From Candidatus Zemynaea palustris (GTDB taxonomy: Bacteria; Vulcanimicrobiota; Vulcanimicrobiia; Vulcanimicrobiales; Vulcanimicrobiaceae), in contig PLCB01000016.1 in the NCBI GenBank assembly GCA_003134695.1, forward strand, positions 3,528 to 67,527: a DNA stretch of 64,000 nt, in the 5' to 3' direction. The notes under the pieces were generated by a model. That model saw only the letters and a list, made by a program, of their open reading frames with translations. It did no database searches and was not told the origin of the DNA. Each line of letters begins with the position of its first letter. The stretch's first letter is position 1. Of this stretch, positions 1-9,019 are shown one piece after another. Made by a program: the position numbers and the translations under genes.

Positions 1-18
1 GGAGAGAAACACGCGTCG

Positions 19-306
19 CTATTTGGCCACGTGCGCAACGTGCGAGAGCAGGGCGGGGACGTTGGCGACGACGAGCAGCAGATAGAAGCCCAGACCCAAC
101 CCGATAATCGGGAACGCCTCCAGCACGCCGATGCCTAAGAACATGAAGAGGAAGATATTGGGGCGCGCTTCGGGTTGACGCGAGATCGCTTCGACGGCCT
201 TCGAAGCGACGATGCCGTCGCCGACTGCCGAACCGAAGGCGACGCCGAGGATGATGATGCCGAACGCGAGGATGGTCGCCGCCGCGACTAAAGCCTCAGA
301 ACTCAC
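19..306 (-). CDS. atpE: F0F1 ATP synthase subunit c
   Basis: 95-aa ORF with two hydrophobic helices joined by the polar loop RQPEARP. Helix 1 is Gly-rich (GIIILGVAFGSAVGDG) and helix 2 has an acidic residue (GVLEAFPI). Lies directly downstream of atpB. Confidence 0.9.
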   Translation of the reverse strand: MSSEALVAAATILAFGIIILGVAFGSAVGDGIVASKAVEAISRQPEARPNIFLFMFLGIGVLEAFPIIGLGLGFYLLLVVANVPALLSHVAHVAK

Positions 307-327
307 GATAGTGCCTTTCTTTGAAGA

Positions 328-1065
328 TCAGTGTTCCTCAGCCGTCGCCAAGGACAGATAGACGATGCCGAGGAGGGTAAAGATGAACGCTTGAATGGTG
401 CCGACGAAAAAGTTGAAGAATTGGATGAACGTCGGCAAGATCGCCGCTGCCAGCGAGAGGTTGAACGGACCGATCATCACTTGCTGGCGGATAACCGAGG
501 CGACCACGATGAACAACAGCTCGCCGACAAAAATATTGAAGAAGAGTCGCGCCGCCAAGGTGACGGGCCGCATCGCCTCGTCCACCACATTGATCGGAAG
601 CATGAACGCGAACGGCTGAGCCAAGTGCTTATAGTACCCGAGCCCCTTTTTTCGAATCGCGACGACTTGAATCATCAAGAAGATGAGCACCGCATACGGG
701 ACGGTCGTATTCAAGTCGCCCGTGGGCGAACCGCTGAAAGGAACGCCGAGCAGGCGTAGCGGGTAGCTGAGAATCCCGAACTGATTCAGAGTGAATAGGT
801 AGATGAAGAGCGCGATGAAGAACGGGACGAAAGGTTCGCCGCTCTTGCCGAGCGAGCCGTAGACCAGATCCGCGATGTAATCGATGACGCCTTCGAAGAT
901 CGTCTGGGTCTTTCCGACCCGGGGGCGCCGGTAACTGTTTCCCACCCAAGCCAAGAAGATCAGCGCCACGAACATCGCGACCCACGTCGTCAATATCGTG
1001 TCGGCGTGAACCGAGCCGACGAGCGGCCACGTCCAGGTGAGGTGTTCGCCGATCTGTTCTTTCAA
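328..1065 (-). CDS. atpB: F0F1 ATP synthase subunit a
   Basis: ORF 328..1161 is a multi-TM protein with the subunit-a Arg helix (LAARLFFNIFVGE). Start placed at TTG 1065, which overlaps the atpI stop (1062-1064). The full ORF would overlap atpI by about 100 nt. Start uncertain. Confidence 0.85.
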   Translation of the reverse strand: MKEQIGEHLTWTWPLVGSVHADTILTTWVAMFVALIFLAWVGNSYRRPRVGKTQTIFEGVIDYIADLVYGSLGKSGEPFVPFFIALFIYLFTLNQFGILSYPLRLLGVPFSGSPTGDLNTTVPYAVLIFLMIQVVAIRKKGLGYYKHLAQPFAFMLPINVVDEAMRPVTLAARLFFNIFVGELLFIVVASVIRQQVMIGPFNLSLAAAILPTFIQFFNFFVGTIQAFIFTLLGIVYLSLATAEEH

Positions 1066-1496
1066 GAGGGAGAGTCCGTTCGGATCGTGCGGACCGCTAC
1101 GAGCGCGTAGACGCCGAGCGGCGTAAAAAACCCGGTGAAGTAGGTCGCCATCGTCCACCACGGACCATGGAGGGCAAACGCCACCGGTACTATACCGAAG
1201 ACAGCGATTCGAAGCACACTACTTAAGACGAAGGCCGCGACGCTGCGATGTTCGCCGAGGCGCTCGTTGCCCCACATCGAGAGCAGTGCGTTCAGGACGC
1301 CGCAGACGGTGCCGAAGACCTCCGCGACCGCCGCCACCGGAGACGCCGGCACGAGGGCCAGCCCAACCGGAAGCGAGAGCGCGAGAGACCAGATCGCCAT
1401 CGACCGCTTGCGCTCGTGATACGCGCGCATCTCGGCCTCCGGCGCAGCGCCTCCCGAGTTTGGGCCGCCTCCGGGCGAACCCTCCTCGACGTTCAT
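1062..1496 (-). CDS. atpI: AtpI/AtpZ-like small membrane protein of the ATP synthase operon
   Basis: Last 144 aa of ORF 1062..1952, from ATG 1496 (MNVEE...). Contains several hydrophobic segments and sits immediately upstream of atpB. The upstream Arg/Pro-rich part of the ORF looks like GC-driven read-through. Confidence 0.6.
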   Translation of the reverse strand: MNVEEGSPGGGPNSGGAAPEAEMRAYHERKRSMAIWSLALSLPVGLALVPASPVAAVAEVFGTVCGVLNALLSMWGNERLGEHRSVAAFVLSSVLRIAVFGIVPVAFALHGPWWTMATYFTGFFTPLGVYALVAVRTIRTDSPS

Positions 1497-2689
1497 CGCA
1501 CCGTCTTGCGGCCCGCAGCCGAGGCTGCTCGAAACTCCTCGGGCAGCGGGCCGCCGCGGAGGCGCGCCAGCAGCCAATCGACGATGCGCCCAGCAGCTTG
1601 GCCGTCGCCGTAGGGATTGTCGGCGCGCGCCATCCGGGCGTACGCGACTTCGTCCTCGAGCAGCGTCCGCGTTTCGGCGACGATCATCGCTCGGTCGGCG
1701 CCGACCAGCTTCAGGGTGCCGGCCGCGATGCCTTCGGGCCGCTCGGTCTCGCGCCGCATGACGAGCACCGGTTTCCCGAGGCACGGCGCTTCCTCTTGAA
1801 GCCCGCCGCTGTCGGTCAGAACGAGCGTCGAGCGCGCGATGCTGCGGACGGTCGCCGAATACGACATCGGCGCGACCAAGTGGACGCCTGCCACACCGTC
1901 GAGGATCTTGTGCGCGATCGGCGCGACGCGGGGCGAGGGGTGGACCGGCCACAGAATCTGTGGATGTCGCGGGAACGCAGCGATCTCGGCGAGCGCACGA
2001 CAGATCTCCGGCATCGCGTCATGATTCTCGCGCCGGTGCGCGGTGACGAAGATCCACGGGCGCTCGGGATCGAGTCCATGCCACTCCCGTTCCGGCGCTT
2101 CGGCGATTCGCTCGGCGCGTTCGGCGGTTTCCAGGAAGGCATCGATGACGGTGTTGCCGGTGACGAAGATGTCGGCGGCTTCGACGTTTTCGCGCTCGAG
2201 GTTGAGCCGCGCGGTCGCCGTCGGCGCAAAATGGTACGACGCGAGCCGGCCCGTCAAGCGGCGGTTCATCTCTTCAGGAAACGGCTCCCAGCGCGTCGTC
2301 GTGCGCAAGCCGGCCTCGACGTGAGCCACCGGAATCTGCCGGTAGAACGCGGCCAGCGCCGCTGCGCTGCTGGTCGTCGTGTCGCCGTGAACGAGGACGA
2401 CGTCGGGCTTGCGCTGGGCGAGCACCCGCTCCATCCCCACGAGGACGCGCGTCGTGATTTCGGTCAGCGTCTGATCGGCAGTCATGATGTCGAGATCGTC
2501 GTCGGGGACGATCTCGAAGAGTTCGAGCACGTCGTCCAGCATCTCGCGGTGTTGCGCGGTCACACACACCAGCGGCTCGATCGCAGGCCGCGCTTCGGCG
2601 AGTGCACGCACGACCGGAGCCATCTTGACGGTGTCGGGGCGCGTTCCGAACACCGTCATAACTTTCAGCGGGGACGTCGCAATCGTCAT
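1493..2689 (-). CDS. wecB: UDP-N-acetylglucosamine 2-epimerase (non-hydrolysing)
   Basis: 398 aa. N-terminal VMTVFGTRPDTVKMAPV, HVEAGLRT and DSGGLQEE motifs are typical of WecB/MnaA. Its ATG overlaps the stop of the upstream gene (ATGA at 2686-2689). Confidence 0.9.
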   Translation of the reverse strand: MTIATSPLKVMTVFGTRPDTVKMAPVVRALAEARPAIEPLVCVTAQHREMLDDVLELFEIVPDDDLDIMTADQTLTEITTRVLVGMERVLAQRKPDVVLVHGDTTTSSAAALAAFYRQIPVAHVEAGLRTTTRWEPFPEEMNRRLTGRLASYHFAPTATARLNLERENVEAADIFVTGNTVIDAFLETAERAERIAEAPEREWHGLDPERPWIFVTAHRRENHDAMPEICRALAEIAAFPRHPQILWPVHPSPRVAPIAHKILDGVAGVHLVAPMSYSATVRSIARSTLVLTDSGGLQEEAPCLGKPVLVMRRETERPEGIAAGTLKLVGADRAMIVAETRTLLEDEVAYARMARADNPYGDGQAAGRIVDWLLARLRGGPLPEEFRAASAAGRKTVR

Positions 2690-3696
2690 ATTCCCGCGAT
2701 CCGCACGTGCGCGAGGCCACCCGACAGAACGTAGGCGGCCGCGCCAAGCGCAAACGAAACGGCGTAGATCAGCAGCACCGCTTGCTTGACGTTGAGCCCG
2801 AAGCGAAAGACCAAAATGTGGTGCAGGTGACCGCGGTCGGCCGTCGCGATCGATTTACCGGCGCGGAGTCGCCGCCAAATCGCGAGCGCCGCATCGACAA
2901 CCGGAAACGCGAGCGCGATCAGCGGTACGAGCAAGCTCACGGTAATCGCGACTTTCGCGGTGACAATAATCGACACCGTCGCGAAAACGTATCCGATGAA
3001 GAGCGAACCGGTGTCACCCAAAATAATCTTCGAAGGATTGAAGTTGTACGGGAGAAAACCGAGCGCTCCGCCGACCAGCGCCGAGAGGGCGAGCGCCGGG
3101 ACGAGATGGCCGTGACCGACGGCGATCGCGAACAGGAACATTCCCGAAATCGCCGTGACGCCGGTCAACAGCCCGTCGAGTCCATCGAGAAAGTTGATCG
3201 CGTTCATCATGCCGAGATACCAGAGGAGCGTGAGCGGGACGCCGAGCCAGAGCGGGACGCTCACATAGACGTGCCAGAACGGCACCTCGAATCCCGAGAC
3301 GATGAAACCGTAGCTCATCGAGACGGCGGCCACGACGACTTGGGCGATGAACTTGTCGCGCGCACGCATCCCCATGATGTCGTCCCACAGTCCCACGATG
3401 ACGATCATCGTTCCGCCGAACAGGAGCCCAAGGACGTCATGGATGTCGTCGGCTCGGTGGAAGAGCGTCGGTGAAAGCTTGAGCGCGAGGCCGATCGACA
3501 CGAAGAGCGCGAACAAAAAACCGAGGTAGATGGCCAGACCGCCGGCACGCGGTTTCGGTTCGGCATGCATTCGCCGGTCGTCGATCTGATCGACGAACCC
3601 GGCCTTTTCCGCGATCCGCCGGATGCGCGGCGTGACGAGCGCTGCGGTAGCCGTCGCGGTAACGAACGCGAACAGGAACAGAAACCAGACGCTCAC
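2686..3696 (-). CDS. MraY/WecA-family (GT4) polyprenyl-phosphate HexNAc-1-phosphate transferase
   Basis: About 10 TM segments with motifs VDQIDDRRMH, NAINFLDGLDGL and ILGDTGSLFIGY. Start set at GTG 3696, which overlaps the deaminase stop (GTGA). The longer ORF to 3921 would overlap the upstream gene. Confidence 0.8.
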   Translation of the reverse strand: MSVWFLFLFAFVTATATAALVTPRIRRIAEKAGFVDQIDDRRMHAEPKPRAGGLAIYLGFLFALFVSIGLALKLSPTLFHRADDIHDVLGLLFGGTMIVIVGLWDDIMGMRARDKFIAQVVVAAVSMSYGFIVSGFEVPFWHVYVSVPLWLGVPLTLLWYLGMMNAINFLDGLDGLLTGVTAISGMFLFAIAVGHGHLVPALALSALVGGALGFLPYNFNPSKIILGDTGSLFIGYVFATVSIIVTAKVAITVSLLVPLIALAFPVVDAALAIWRRLRAGKSIATADRGHLHHILVFRFGLNVKQAVLLIYAVSFALGAAAYVLSGGLAHVRIAGI

Positions 3697-4109
3697 GAGA
3701 ACGGCGCCAATTCGACGTGCGCTTCGGCGAGCAACTTTTGCGCGAACGGATCGAAATAGGGATCCCGATAGACGATTCGCCTCACGCCGGCGCTGATGAA
3801 CAGCTTCGCGCAGGCGACGCATGGTTGGTGCGTGCAATAGGCGGTCGCGCCCTCGAGCCCGACGCCGTGCAACGCACCCTGCACGATCGCGTTCGCTTCG
3901 GCGTGAACGGAACGGATGCAATGGTCATTCAGGATTTCGCAGCCGACCTCGGTACAGTGCGCGACGTGTCGCGGCGCGCCGTTATAACCGGTCGTCAAGA
4001 TGCGATGATCGCGCACCAAGACCGCACCGACGCTCGCACGCGGGCAGGTAGCGCGCGTCGCCACCGTCTCGGCGACGTGCATGAAGTATTCATCCCAACC
4101 TGGCCGCAC
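3693..4109 (-). CDS. deoxycytidylate (dCMP) deaminase, ComEB type
   Basis: 138 aa with zinc motifs HAEANA and PCVACA, and an N-terminal WDEYFM. GTG start. Confidence 0.85.
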   Translation of the reverse strand: MRPGWDEYFMHVAETVATRATCPRASVGAVLVRDHRILTTGYNGAPRHVAHCTEVGCEILNDHCIRSVHAEANAIVQGALHGVGLEGATAYCTHQPCVACAKLFISAGVRRIVYRDPYFDPFAQKLLAEAHVELAPFS

Positions 4110-4112
4110 GAG

Positions 4113-4778
4113 CTATCGCTTCATCCGTTCGCGATACCCGGCCGGCAGCGAAGACGCGCTGCCGAACATTCGGTCGCCGGCGTCGCCGAGGCCCGGCACG
4201 ATGTATCCATGATCGTTCAAGCGTGCGTCGATCGCGCACGTGACGATCCGCGCGCCGGGATGCTTTCCGCTCACGTGCTTGATGCCGTCGGGAGCGGCGA
4301 TCACGCAGACCAGGCTCAACTCGGTGGCGCCGCGCGCGGCGAGGACGTCGAGCGCGGCCGCGCCCGAATGGCCGGTCGCCAGCATGGGATCGAGCGCATA
4401 GACCGCGGAGCCGCTCAAGTCGTCGGGGAGATTCGCGTAGTAGGGGACGGCCGCGAGCGTCTCGGGATCGCGGAAGAAACCGAGGTGCGCGACAACCGCG
4501 TCGTCGACGACCGAGAGGAAGCCGGATAAGAGCCCGAGCCCCGAACGGAGGATCGGCGCTACCACGGGGCGGCGAGCGAAGCGCCGGACGGTCGCCGCCT
4601 CCAGGGGCGTCTCGACCTCTTCCTCGCGTGTCGCGAGATCGCGTGTCGCCTCGTAGGCGAGGAAGACGCCAACTTCTTCAACAAGGCGCCGGAAGACCGG
4701 CGTCGGCGTCGTCTTGTCGCGCAGCCGCGCGAGCCGGTCGGCAACTGCGGGATGATCGATGACGGTTACGCGTTCCAT
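4113..4778 (-). CDS. upp: uracil phosphoribosyltransferase
   Basis: From ATG 4778 (MERVTVIDHP...). PRPP loop is LDPMLATGHS and the C-terminal motif is YIVPGLGDAGDRMFG. The upstream 51 codons of ORF 4113..4931 were discarded. Confidence 0.9.
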   Translation of the reverse strand: MERVTVIDHPAVADRLARLRDKTTPTPVFRRLVEEVGVFLAYEATRDLATREEEVETPLEAATVRRFARRPVVAPILRSGLGLLSGFLSVVDDAVVAHLGFFRDPETLAAVPYYANLPDDLSGSAVYALDPMLATGHSGAAALDVLAARGATELSLVCVIAAPDGIKHVSGKHPGARIVTCAIDARLNDHGYIVPGLGDAGDRMFGSASSLPAGYRERMKR

Positions 4779-4818
4779 CAGTATCAGGCTTCGCCCAGCT
4801 AAAGGAGCGGCCTTGCCC

Positions 4819-5286
4819 ATGCCCCTCTTCAAACACATCACGCTCGCGCTCGCCGCCCTCGCGGCGCTTGGGTTCGCCCTGCCACCGCCGGCCGGTGCGC
4901 AATCGACGCAGATCCGGCGCTTCGTCGGCATCTACAGCGCGACACGCCAGGGTGCCGACTCGGCGCAGCAGCTCCTTAAGCTCGAGCTCGATCCCGGTGG
5001 ACGCGCCGTGCTCACGACCACCTACCCCGGCTACACGAAGAGCGCAGCCGGCGCTGCCGTCTACCCGCAGATCGAAAAAGGGACGTGGTCGGTCGCCAAC
5101 CAGTACGCGATCGTCCACTTCACGCGTCGCGCGAACGTGACCGGCAATGGAACGCACGACACGTACAAGCCCGAAGACATCGCGCTGACGTTTTCGCTAG
5201 GTTTCCGCTGCACGCTCAAACTGGAGCGCGACGACGCGAACCTGTTCGGCAAGGACGGATTGAAAATGCAAGGTCACGGTTGCTAA
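4819..5286 (+). CDS. secreted hypothetical protein
   Basis: From ATG 4819 (MPLFKHITLALAALAALGFALPPPAGA|Q), which has a signal peptide. AAAGGAG lies at 4801-4807. In-frame TTG 4813 is an alternative start. Confidence 0.55.
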   Translation: MPLFKHITLALAALAALGFALPPPAGAQSTQIRRFVGIYSATRQGADSAQQLLKLELDPGGRAVLTTTYPGYTKSAAGAAVYPQIEKGTWSVANQYAIVHFTRRANVTGNGTHDTYKPEDIALTFSLGFRCTLKLERDDANLFGKDGLKMQGHGC

Positions 5287-5291
5287 CAGCG

Positions 5292-6050
5292 GTGCCCACG
5301 CAAAAAACCTGGAAGACTCTTGTCAACGAGGTCGTACTGCGCCTGCCGAAGACGTTTTCGCTGGCTGACGTTACGGCACGCAAGGAATACTTTCAACGAC
5401 ATTATCCCGACAATCGATTCATCGAAGCGAAGATTCGCCAAAGCCTACAAGTCCTTCGCGACCAAGGCACATTAAAGTTTCTCGGCGGTGGCCGATATCA
5501 GTCGATCGATACCCAGCCCAAGTTCAGCCCTCTGCTCGATCCCCGCACAGCAGCGGCCTATACGAACCGAACGCAAATTGGTCGTGTCATGTTAGAAACT
5601 TGGGCCGAGATAAATCTGTTCTGTGTCAATTGTGCGGCAGATTCTCTCAGGCGACTCCCGGCCAACACGCCGGTTGCCGATTTCGCGTGCAATTCGTGCC
5701 ACGACAATTACCAGCTCAAAGCGAAAGACGGCCGATTCGCCTCGATAATTCCAGGGGCGGCGTACGCGCCGACGATCAAAGCTGTACGCGAGGGTCGGAT
5801 GCCGGAATACGTACTGGTTGAGTACGACCCACGCTTTGACACGGTGGTCTTCGTAGATGCGATTCCAGGCCGCTTCATCACCGCAGACCGCGTGAAAGCC
5901 CGAAATAAGCTCGGCGCGACTGCGCGACGCGCCGGTTGGCAAGGATGCAACATCGACGTCTCTAAACTGCCGCGGGCTCGCATCGTCGAACCGGCCGGCC
6001 TCGAGCGGAGCGCTGTCCGCGCGGACTGGCGGCGGATCAACGAATCATGA
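5292..6050 (+). CDS. DpnI-like methyl-directed (type IIM) restriction endonuclease with the winged-helix domain at the N-terminus
   Basis: The C-terminal two thirds align by eye to the S. pneumoniae DpnI catalytic domain: CVNC...NTPVADFACNSC...YQLKAK...GAAY...TARRAGWQGCNIDVSKLP versus CPNC...NRPVADFYCNHC...FELKSK...GAY...TARRAGWIGCNIDLSQVP. The N-terminal FSLADV...IEAKIRQSLQVLRDQGTLKFLGGGRYQSI matches the DpnI C-terminal wH domain (FTLEDM...IKEKIRQQLQILRDKEIIEFKGRGKYRKL). Start is GTG 5292 or TTG 5280. A hand count of 5401-5460 gives 29/60 G+C. Confidence 0.75.
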   Translation: MPTQKTWKTLVNEVVLRLPKTFSLADVTARKEYFQRHYPDNRFIEAKIRQSLQVLRDQGTLKFLGGGRYQSIDTQPKFSPLLDPRTAAAYTNRTQIGRVMLETWAEINLFCVNCAADSLRRLPANTPVADFACNSCHDNYQLKAKDGRFASIIPGAAYAPTIKAVREGRMPEYVLVEYDPRFDTVVFVDAIPGRFITADRVKARNKLGATARRAGWQGCNIDVSKLPRARIVEPAGLERSAVRADWRRINES

Positions 6051-6139
6051 TCGGCATTTCCGCGAACGGTACGCTAGCTGCCGATATTCTGCCGAATACT
6101 CGTTTCGTGTTGCCGTGAAGTTACCTCGATCGTCTGCGA

Positions 6140-7387
6140 CTACGGAACGTCGAAGCGTGCGCTAAGCTCGGCGACACGGCCGCGCAGGTGTTCCAGCTTT
6201 GCGCGGTCGGCGATGTCGCCGAGCGCCTCGCCGATGATCTTGCCGATCTCGCGCGCGTCTGCTTCGCCCATCCCGCGCGACGTGATCGCCGGCGTCCCGA
6301 GCCGGATGCCGCTCGTGACCATAGGCTTCTGCGGATCGAACGGGATCGCGTTCTTGTTAACGGTGATGCGAATCTCGTCGAGGTAAGCCTCGACGGCCTT
6401 GCCGGTCAGGCCGCGCGGCGTCAGATCGACGAGCAAGAGATGCGTGTCGGTGCCGCCGCCGACGAGCCGCGCGCCCGCCCGCTGCAATTCGTCGCCCATC
6501 GCACGCGCGTTGCTGATGACCTGGATCTGGTACGTTTTGAACGAAGGCCGCAACGCTTCTCCGAAAGCGACGGCCTTGGCGGCGATCGCGTGCATGAACG
6601 GCCCACCTTGGATTCCGGGGAAGACGCTCTTGTCGAGTGCCGGCGCGTGCTCGGTCTTGCAGAGGACGAGGCCGCCGCGCGGTCCGCGTAAAGTCTTGTG
6701 CGTCGTCGTCGTCACGTAGTCGGCGAGTGGTACGGGCGACGGGTGCAATCCGACCGCGACGAGCCCGGCGATGTGCGCCATGTCGACCAAGAACGTCGCG
6801 CCGACTTCCTTCGCGATCTCCACGAACGGCGCGTAATCCATCGTGCGCGGATAGGCGCTTGCGCCGGCGATCAGGAGCTTCGGCTTGTGCTCGCGCGCCA
6901 TTTCGCGGACCTGGTCGTAGTCGATGAGTTCGGTCTCGCGGCGCACGCCGTAGGCGACGGCGTTGTAGAGTTTTCCGCTAAAGCTGACTTTCGTGCCGTG
7001 CGTCAGATGGCCGCCGTGCGCGAGCGACATCCCGAGCACGGTGTCACCCGGCTGTAGGACCGCCATGAAAACGGCCATGTTGGCCTGCGCCCCGGCGTGC
7101 GTCTGAACGTTGACGTGCTCGGCGCCGAAGAGTTGCTTCGCGCGATCGATCGCGAGCTGCTCGGCGACGTCGACGAACTCGCAGCCGCCGTAGTAGCGCC
7201 GCCCCGGATAACCTTCGGCGTACTTGTTGGTCATCACGCAGGCCATCGCTTCGCGCACGGCGCGGCTCGCGTAATTCTCAGACGCGATCAACTCGAGGTT
7301 GTCGCGCTGGCGCTGCTCTTCAAAATGAATCGCGGCCGCGATTTCGGGATCTTGAGTGTCGAGCAAGGAACCGTCGAGCAGTTGCAT
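6140..7387 (-). CDS. glyA: serine hydroxymethyltransferase
   Basis: 415 aa with the PLP-Lys motif [14 protein letters not shown] and an N-terminal LELIASENY. Confidence 0.95.
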   Translation of the reverse strand: MQLLDGSLLDTQDPEIAAAIHFEEQRQRDNLELIASENYASRAVREAMACVMTNKYAEGYPGRRYYGGCEFVDVAEQLAIDRAKQLFGAEHVNVQTHAGAQANMAVFMAVLQPGDTVLGMSLAHGGHLTHGTKVSFSGKLYNAVAYGVRRETELIDYDQVREMAREHKPKLLIAGASAYPRTMDYAPFVEIAKEVGATFLVDMAHIAGLVAVGLHPSPVPLADYVTTTTHKTLRGPRGGLVLCKTEHAPALDKSVFPGIQGGPFMHAIAAKAVAFGEALRPSFKTYQIQVISNARAMGDELQRAGARLVGGGTDTHLLLVDLTPRGLTGKAVEAYLDEIRITVNKNAIPFDPQKPMVTSGIRLGTPAITSRGMGEADAREIGKIIGEALGDIADRAKLEHLRGRVAELSARFDVP

Positions 7388-7641
7388 CAGTCCTCTTCGT
7401 CCTTGGGAAGCGCGTAGAGACCGCGCAACCCGAGGGTCACACCCCGTTCGTCAACGAGATGGCGCGGCACTCTCGGATCGTGCCGCCGGACGAACGAGCC
7501 CACGGCGACGCCTGCGACGAGAATCCCCATCCCCGTCCAATACCAGGGATCGGCGAGGTGATCGGGGATTCGCGTTGCCAGAAAATCTCCGAACCAGATT
7601 GCGCCGCCGACGAACACGGCAGCCAACGTCGCGAGCCTCAC
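7387..7641 (-). CDS. small two-TM membrane protein (hypothetical)
   Basis: 84 aa with a GTG start and two hydrophobic helices. Its stop overlaps the glyA ATG (TGATG), which suggests translational coupling. Confidence 0.5.
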   Translation of the reverse strand: MRLATLAAVFVGGAIWFGDFLATRIPDHLADPWYWTGMGILVAGVAVGSFVRRHDPRVPRHLVDERGVTLGLRGLYALPKDEED

Positions 7642-7657
7642 CGCTCAGCTCAGGAAC

Positions 7658-8110
7658 TTAGCGAGTTTTCGCGATGCGGCGGCTGAGCGTGACCCACCAG
7701 ATCTCGCCGACGATCTTCACGGCGACGAGGGCGAGTGCGAGCCGGAAGACGAGCCACAGGGCGGACATCCCGCCGACGATCACCGTCAGCGTCGCGCCGA
7801 CGACAAAACTGAGGACAGCCGTCTGGTAGATCCGCGAGATCTGTACCACGGTGTTTTCGGCGAGTTCGGCCGACGAGAAAAGCCGCACGAGCCACGATTC
7901 GAGCGGGATCACCGCGATCGTGAGGAGCGCCATCGCAAAAAAGACCGCTGCGATCAGCGGCCGGTCGAAGAACTCGAACGCAGCGTTGATCAGAAAAACG
8001 AAGAGTCCGCCCATCAAGAGTTGCAGCGGCTGCGCGGCTGCCATCCAGCCGGCGATTAGCGGAATCGGGTCGGTCGCCGGTGCGCGGCCGACGTCGTGCT
8101 GCCCGTTCAT
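7658..8110 (-). CDS. four-TM membrane protein (hypothetical)
   Basis: ORF 7658..8134. ATG 8110 (MNGQHD...) is preferred because AGG lies 7 nt upstream and ATG 8134 overlaps the NHase alpha stop. Four predicted hydrophobic helices. Confidence 0.5.
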   Translation of the reverse strand: MNGQHDVGRAPATDPIPLIAGWMAAAQPLQLLMGGLFVFLINAAFEFFDRPLIAAVFFAMALLTIAVIPLESWLVRLFSSAELAENTVVQISRIYQTAVLSFVVGATLTVIVGGMSALWLVFRLALALVAVKIVGEIWWVTLSRRIAKTR

Positions 8111-8123
8111 CAATTGCCTCGAA

Positions 8124-8726
8124 TTATAGCACATTTTTCAGCGAGTCGACCCGCGCAACGCCGATCATCGCGTCGCGCGTCACGAGCATCGCGCATTCGG
8201 CCTCGCTCAACGAGTCGGTCTCCTCGGGCCGCATCGGCAGAACGAGGTAGCGCATGTCGGCGGTGCTGTCGTGGACGCGGACCGTCATGCCGGCGGGCAG
8301 GTGCAGACCGAACTCGGCGAGCACGGCCCGCGGCTCGCGTATGGCGCGCGAGCGATACTCGAGGCTCTTGTACCAATCTGGCGGAAGCCCGAGCAGCATC
8401 CGCGGATAGCACGAACACAGCGTGCACACGATGAGGTTGTGAAGCATGGGCGTGTTCTCGACGACGACCAACTTCAAACTGCGGACCTCGATCCCGAGCT
8501 CGCCGACGGCCGCACTCCCGTCCTCCAGCAGCCGCGCTTTGAAGCCAGGATCGAACCAGGCGCGGGCCACGACGCGCGCGCCGAGTGCAGGGGTGCGGGT
8601 GTACATGAACTCGACCCCCGCGTCGACGGCGGCGTCGCTGACGACCCCCCTCTCGACGAGGAGTTCACGGAAGGCCCGCTCCAGCAGCTCCGCGTTCCGA
8701 TCGTAGCGAGCGTGTTCGAGGCTCAT
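8124..8726 (-). CDS. nitrile hydratase family alpha subunit (Co-type metal site)
   Basis: From ATG 8726 (MSLEHARY...), 200 aa. Contains the metallocentre motif VCTLCSCYP followed by LGLPPDWYK. The N-terminal 104 codons of ORF 8124..9038 overlap the next gene and were discarded. Confidence 0.85.
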   Translation of the reverse strand: MSLEHARYDRNAELLERAFRELLVERGVVSDAAVDAGVEFMYTRTPALGARVVARAWFDPGFKARLLEDGSAAVGELGIEVRSLKLVVVENTPMLHNLIVCTLCSCYPRMLLGLPPDWYKSLEYRSRAIREPRAVLAEFGLHLPAGMTVRVHDSTADMRYLVLPMRPEETDSLSEAECAMLVTRDAMIGVARVDSLKNVL

Positions 8727-9019
8727 CGTTTGTCCTCGGTTTTCTCGAGCCAGTGTTCGTAGATCTCGACGTCGAGCGTATCTTCGGCCGCGCCGACGTA
8801 GTCGGGCCACACCTCGCACTGTGCGAACCGGACGCGATAGAGCGGCTCGCGCTCGCCGGCGTAGCGACCGTAGGCCAATTCTTCGGGCTTGCGAAACTCG
8901 CCGCAGATGCGCTCGACCACGCCGCGCTTGCCGCGGATATAGCGCGGCGTGCGAACGTGGCCGGCGGTAAATTTGTCGAGAACGCGCACCCGTTCGCCCG
9001 GGTTGAAACGCGGCGTCAT
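8723..9019 (-). CDS. nitrile hydratase beta subunit, C-terminal (SH3-like) half as a separate polypeptide
   Basis: 98 aa. FNPGERVRV...GHVRTPRYIRGKRGVV...PLYRVRF...EVW...VEIYEHWLE aligns by eye with the C-terminal half of Rhodococcus NHase beta. The stop and start codons overlap the neighbouring genes. Confidence 0.8.
   Translation of the reverse strand: MTPRFNPGERVRVLDKFTAGHVRTPRYIRGKRGVVERICGEFRKPEELAYGRYAGEREPLYRVRFAQCEVWPDYVGAAEDTLDVEIYEHWLEKTEDKR

Noticed and set aside
1286-2734. 482-aa ORF on the plus strand. Similar long Arg/Ala/Pro-rich ORFs include 10949-12019 (first half of the 714-aa ORF), 19180-20337, 25788-27284, 40148-41395, 44225-45623 and 48704-50008.
   Set aside because: Each lies antisense to, or out of frame with, a gene that has clear family motifs. 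Their translations are low-complexity Arg/Pro/Ala/Gly strings typical of shadow ORFs in high-GC DNA.
5280-6139. Possible mobile element around the low-GC DpnI-like gene, and likewise around 38927-40138.
   Set aside because: I could find no integrase, transposase, tRNA target, or direct or inverted terminal repeats. Only the compositional shift supports horizontal origin, so no mobile_element feature is reported.
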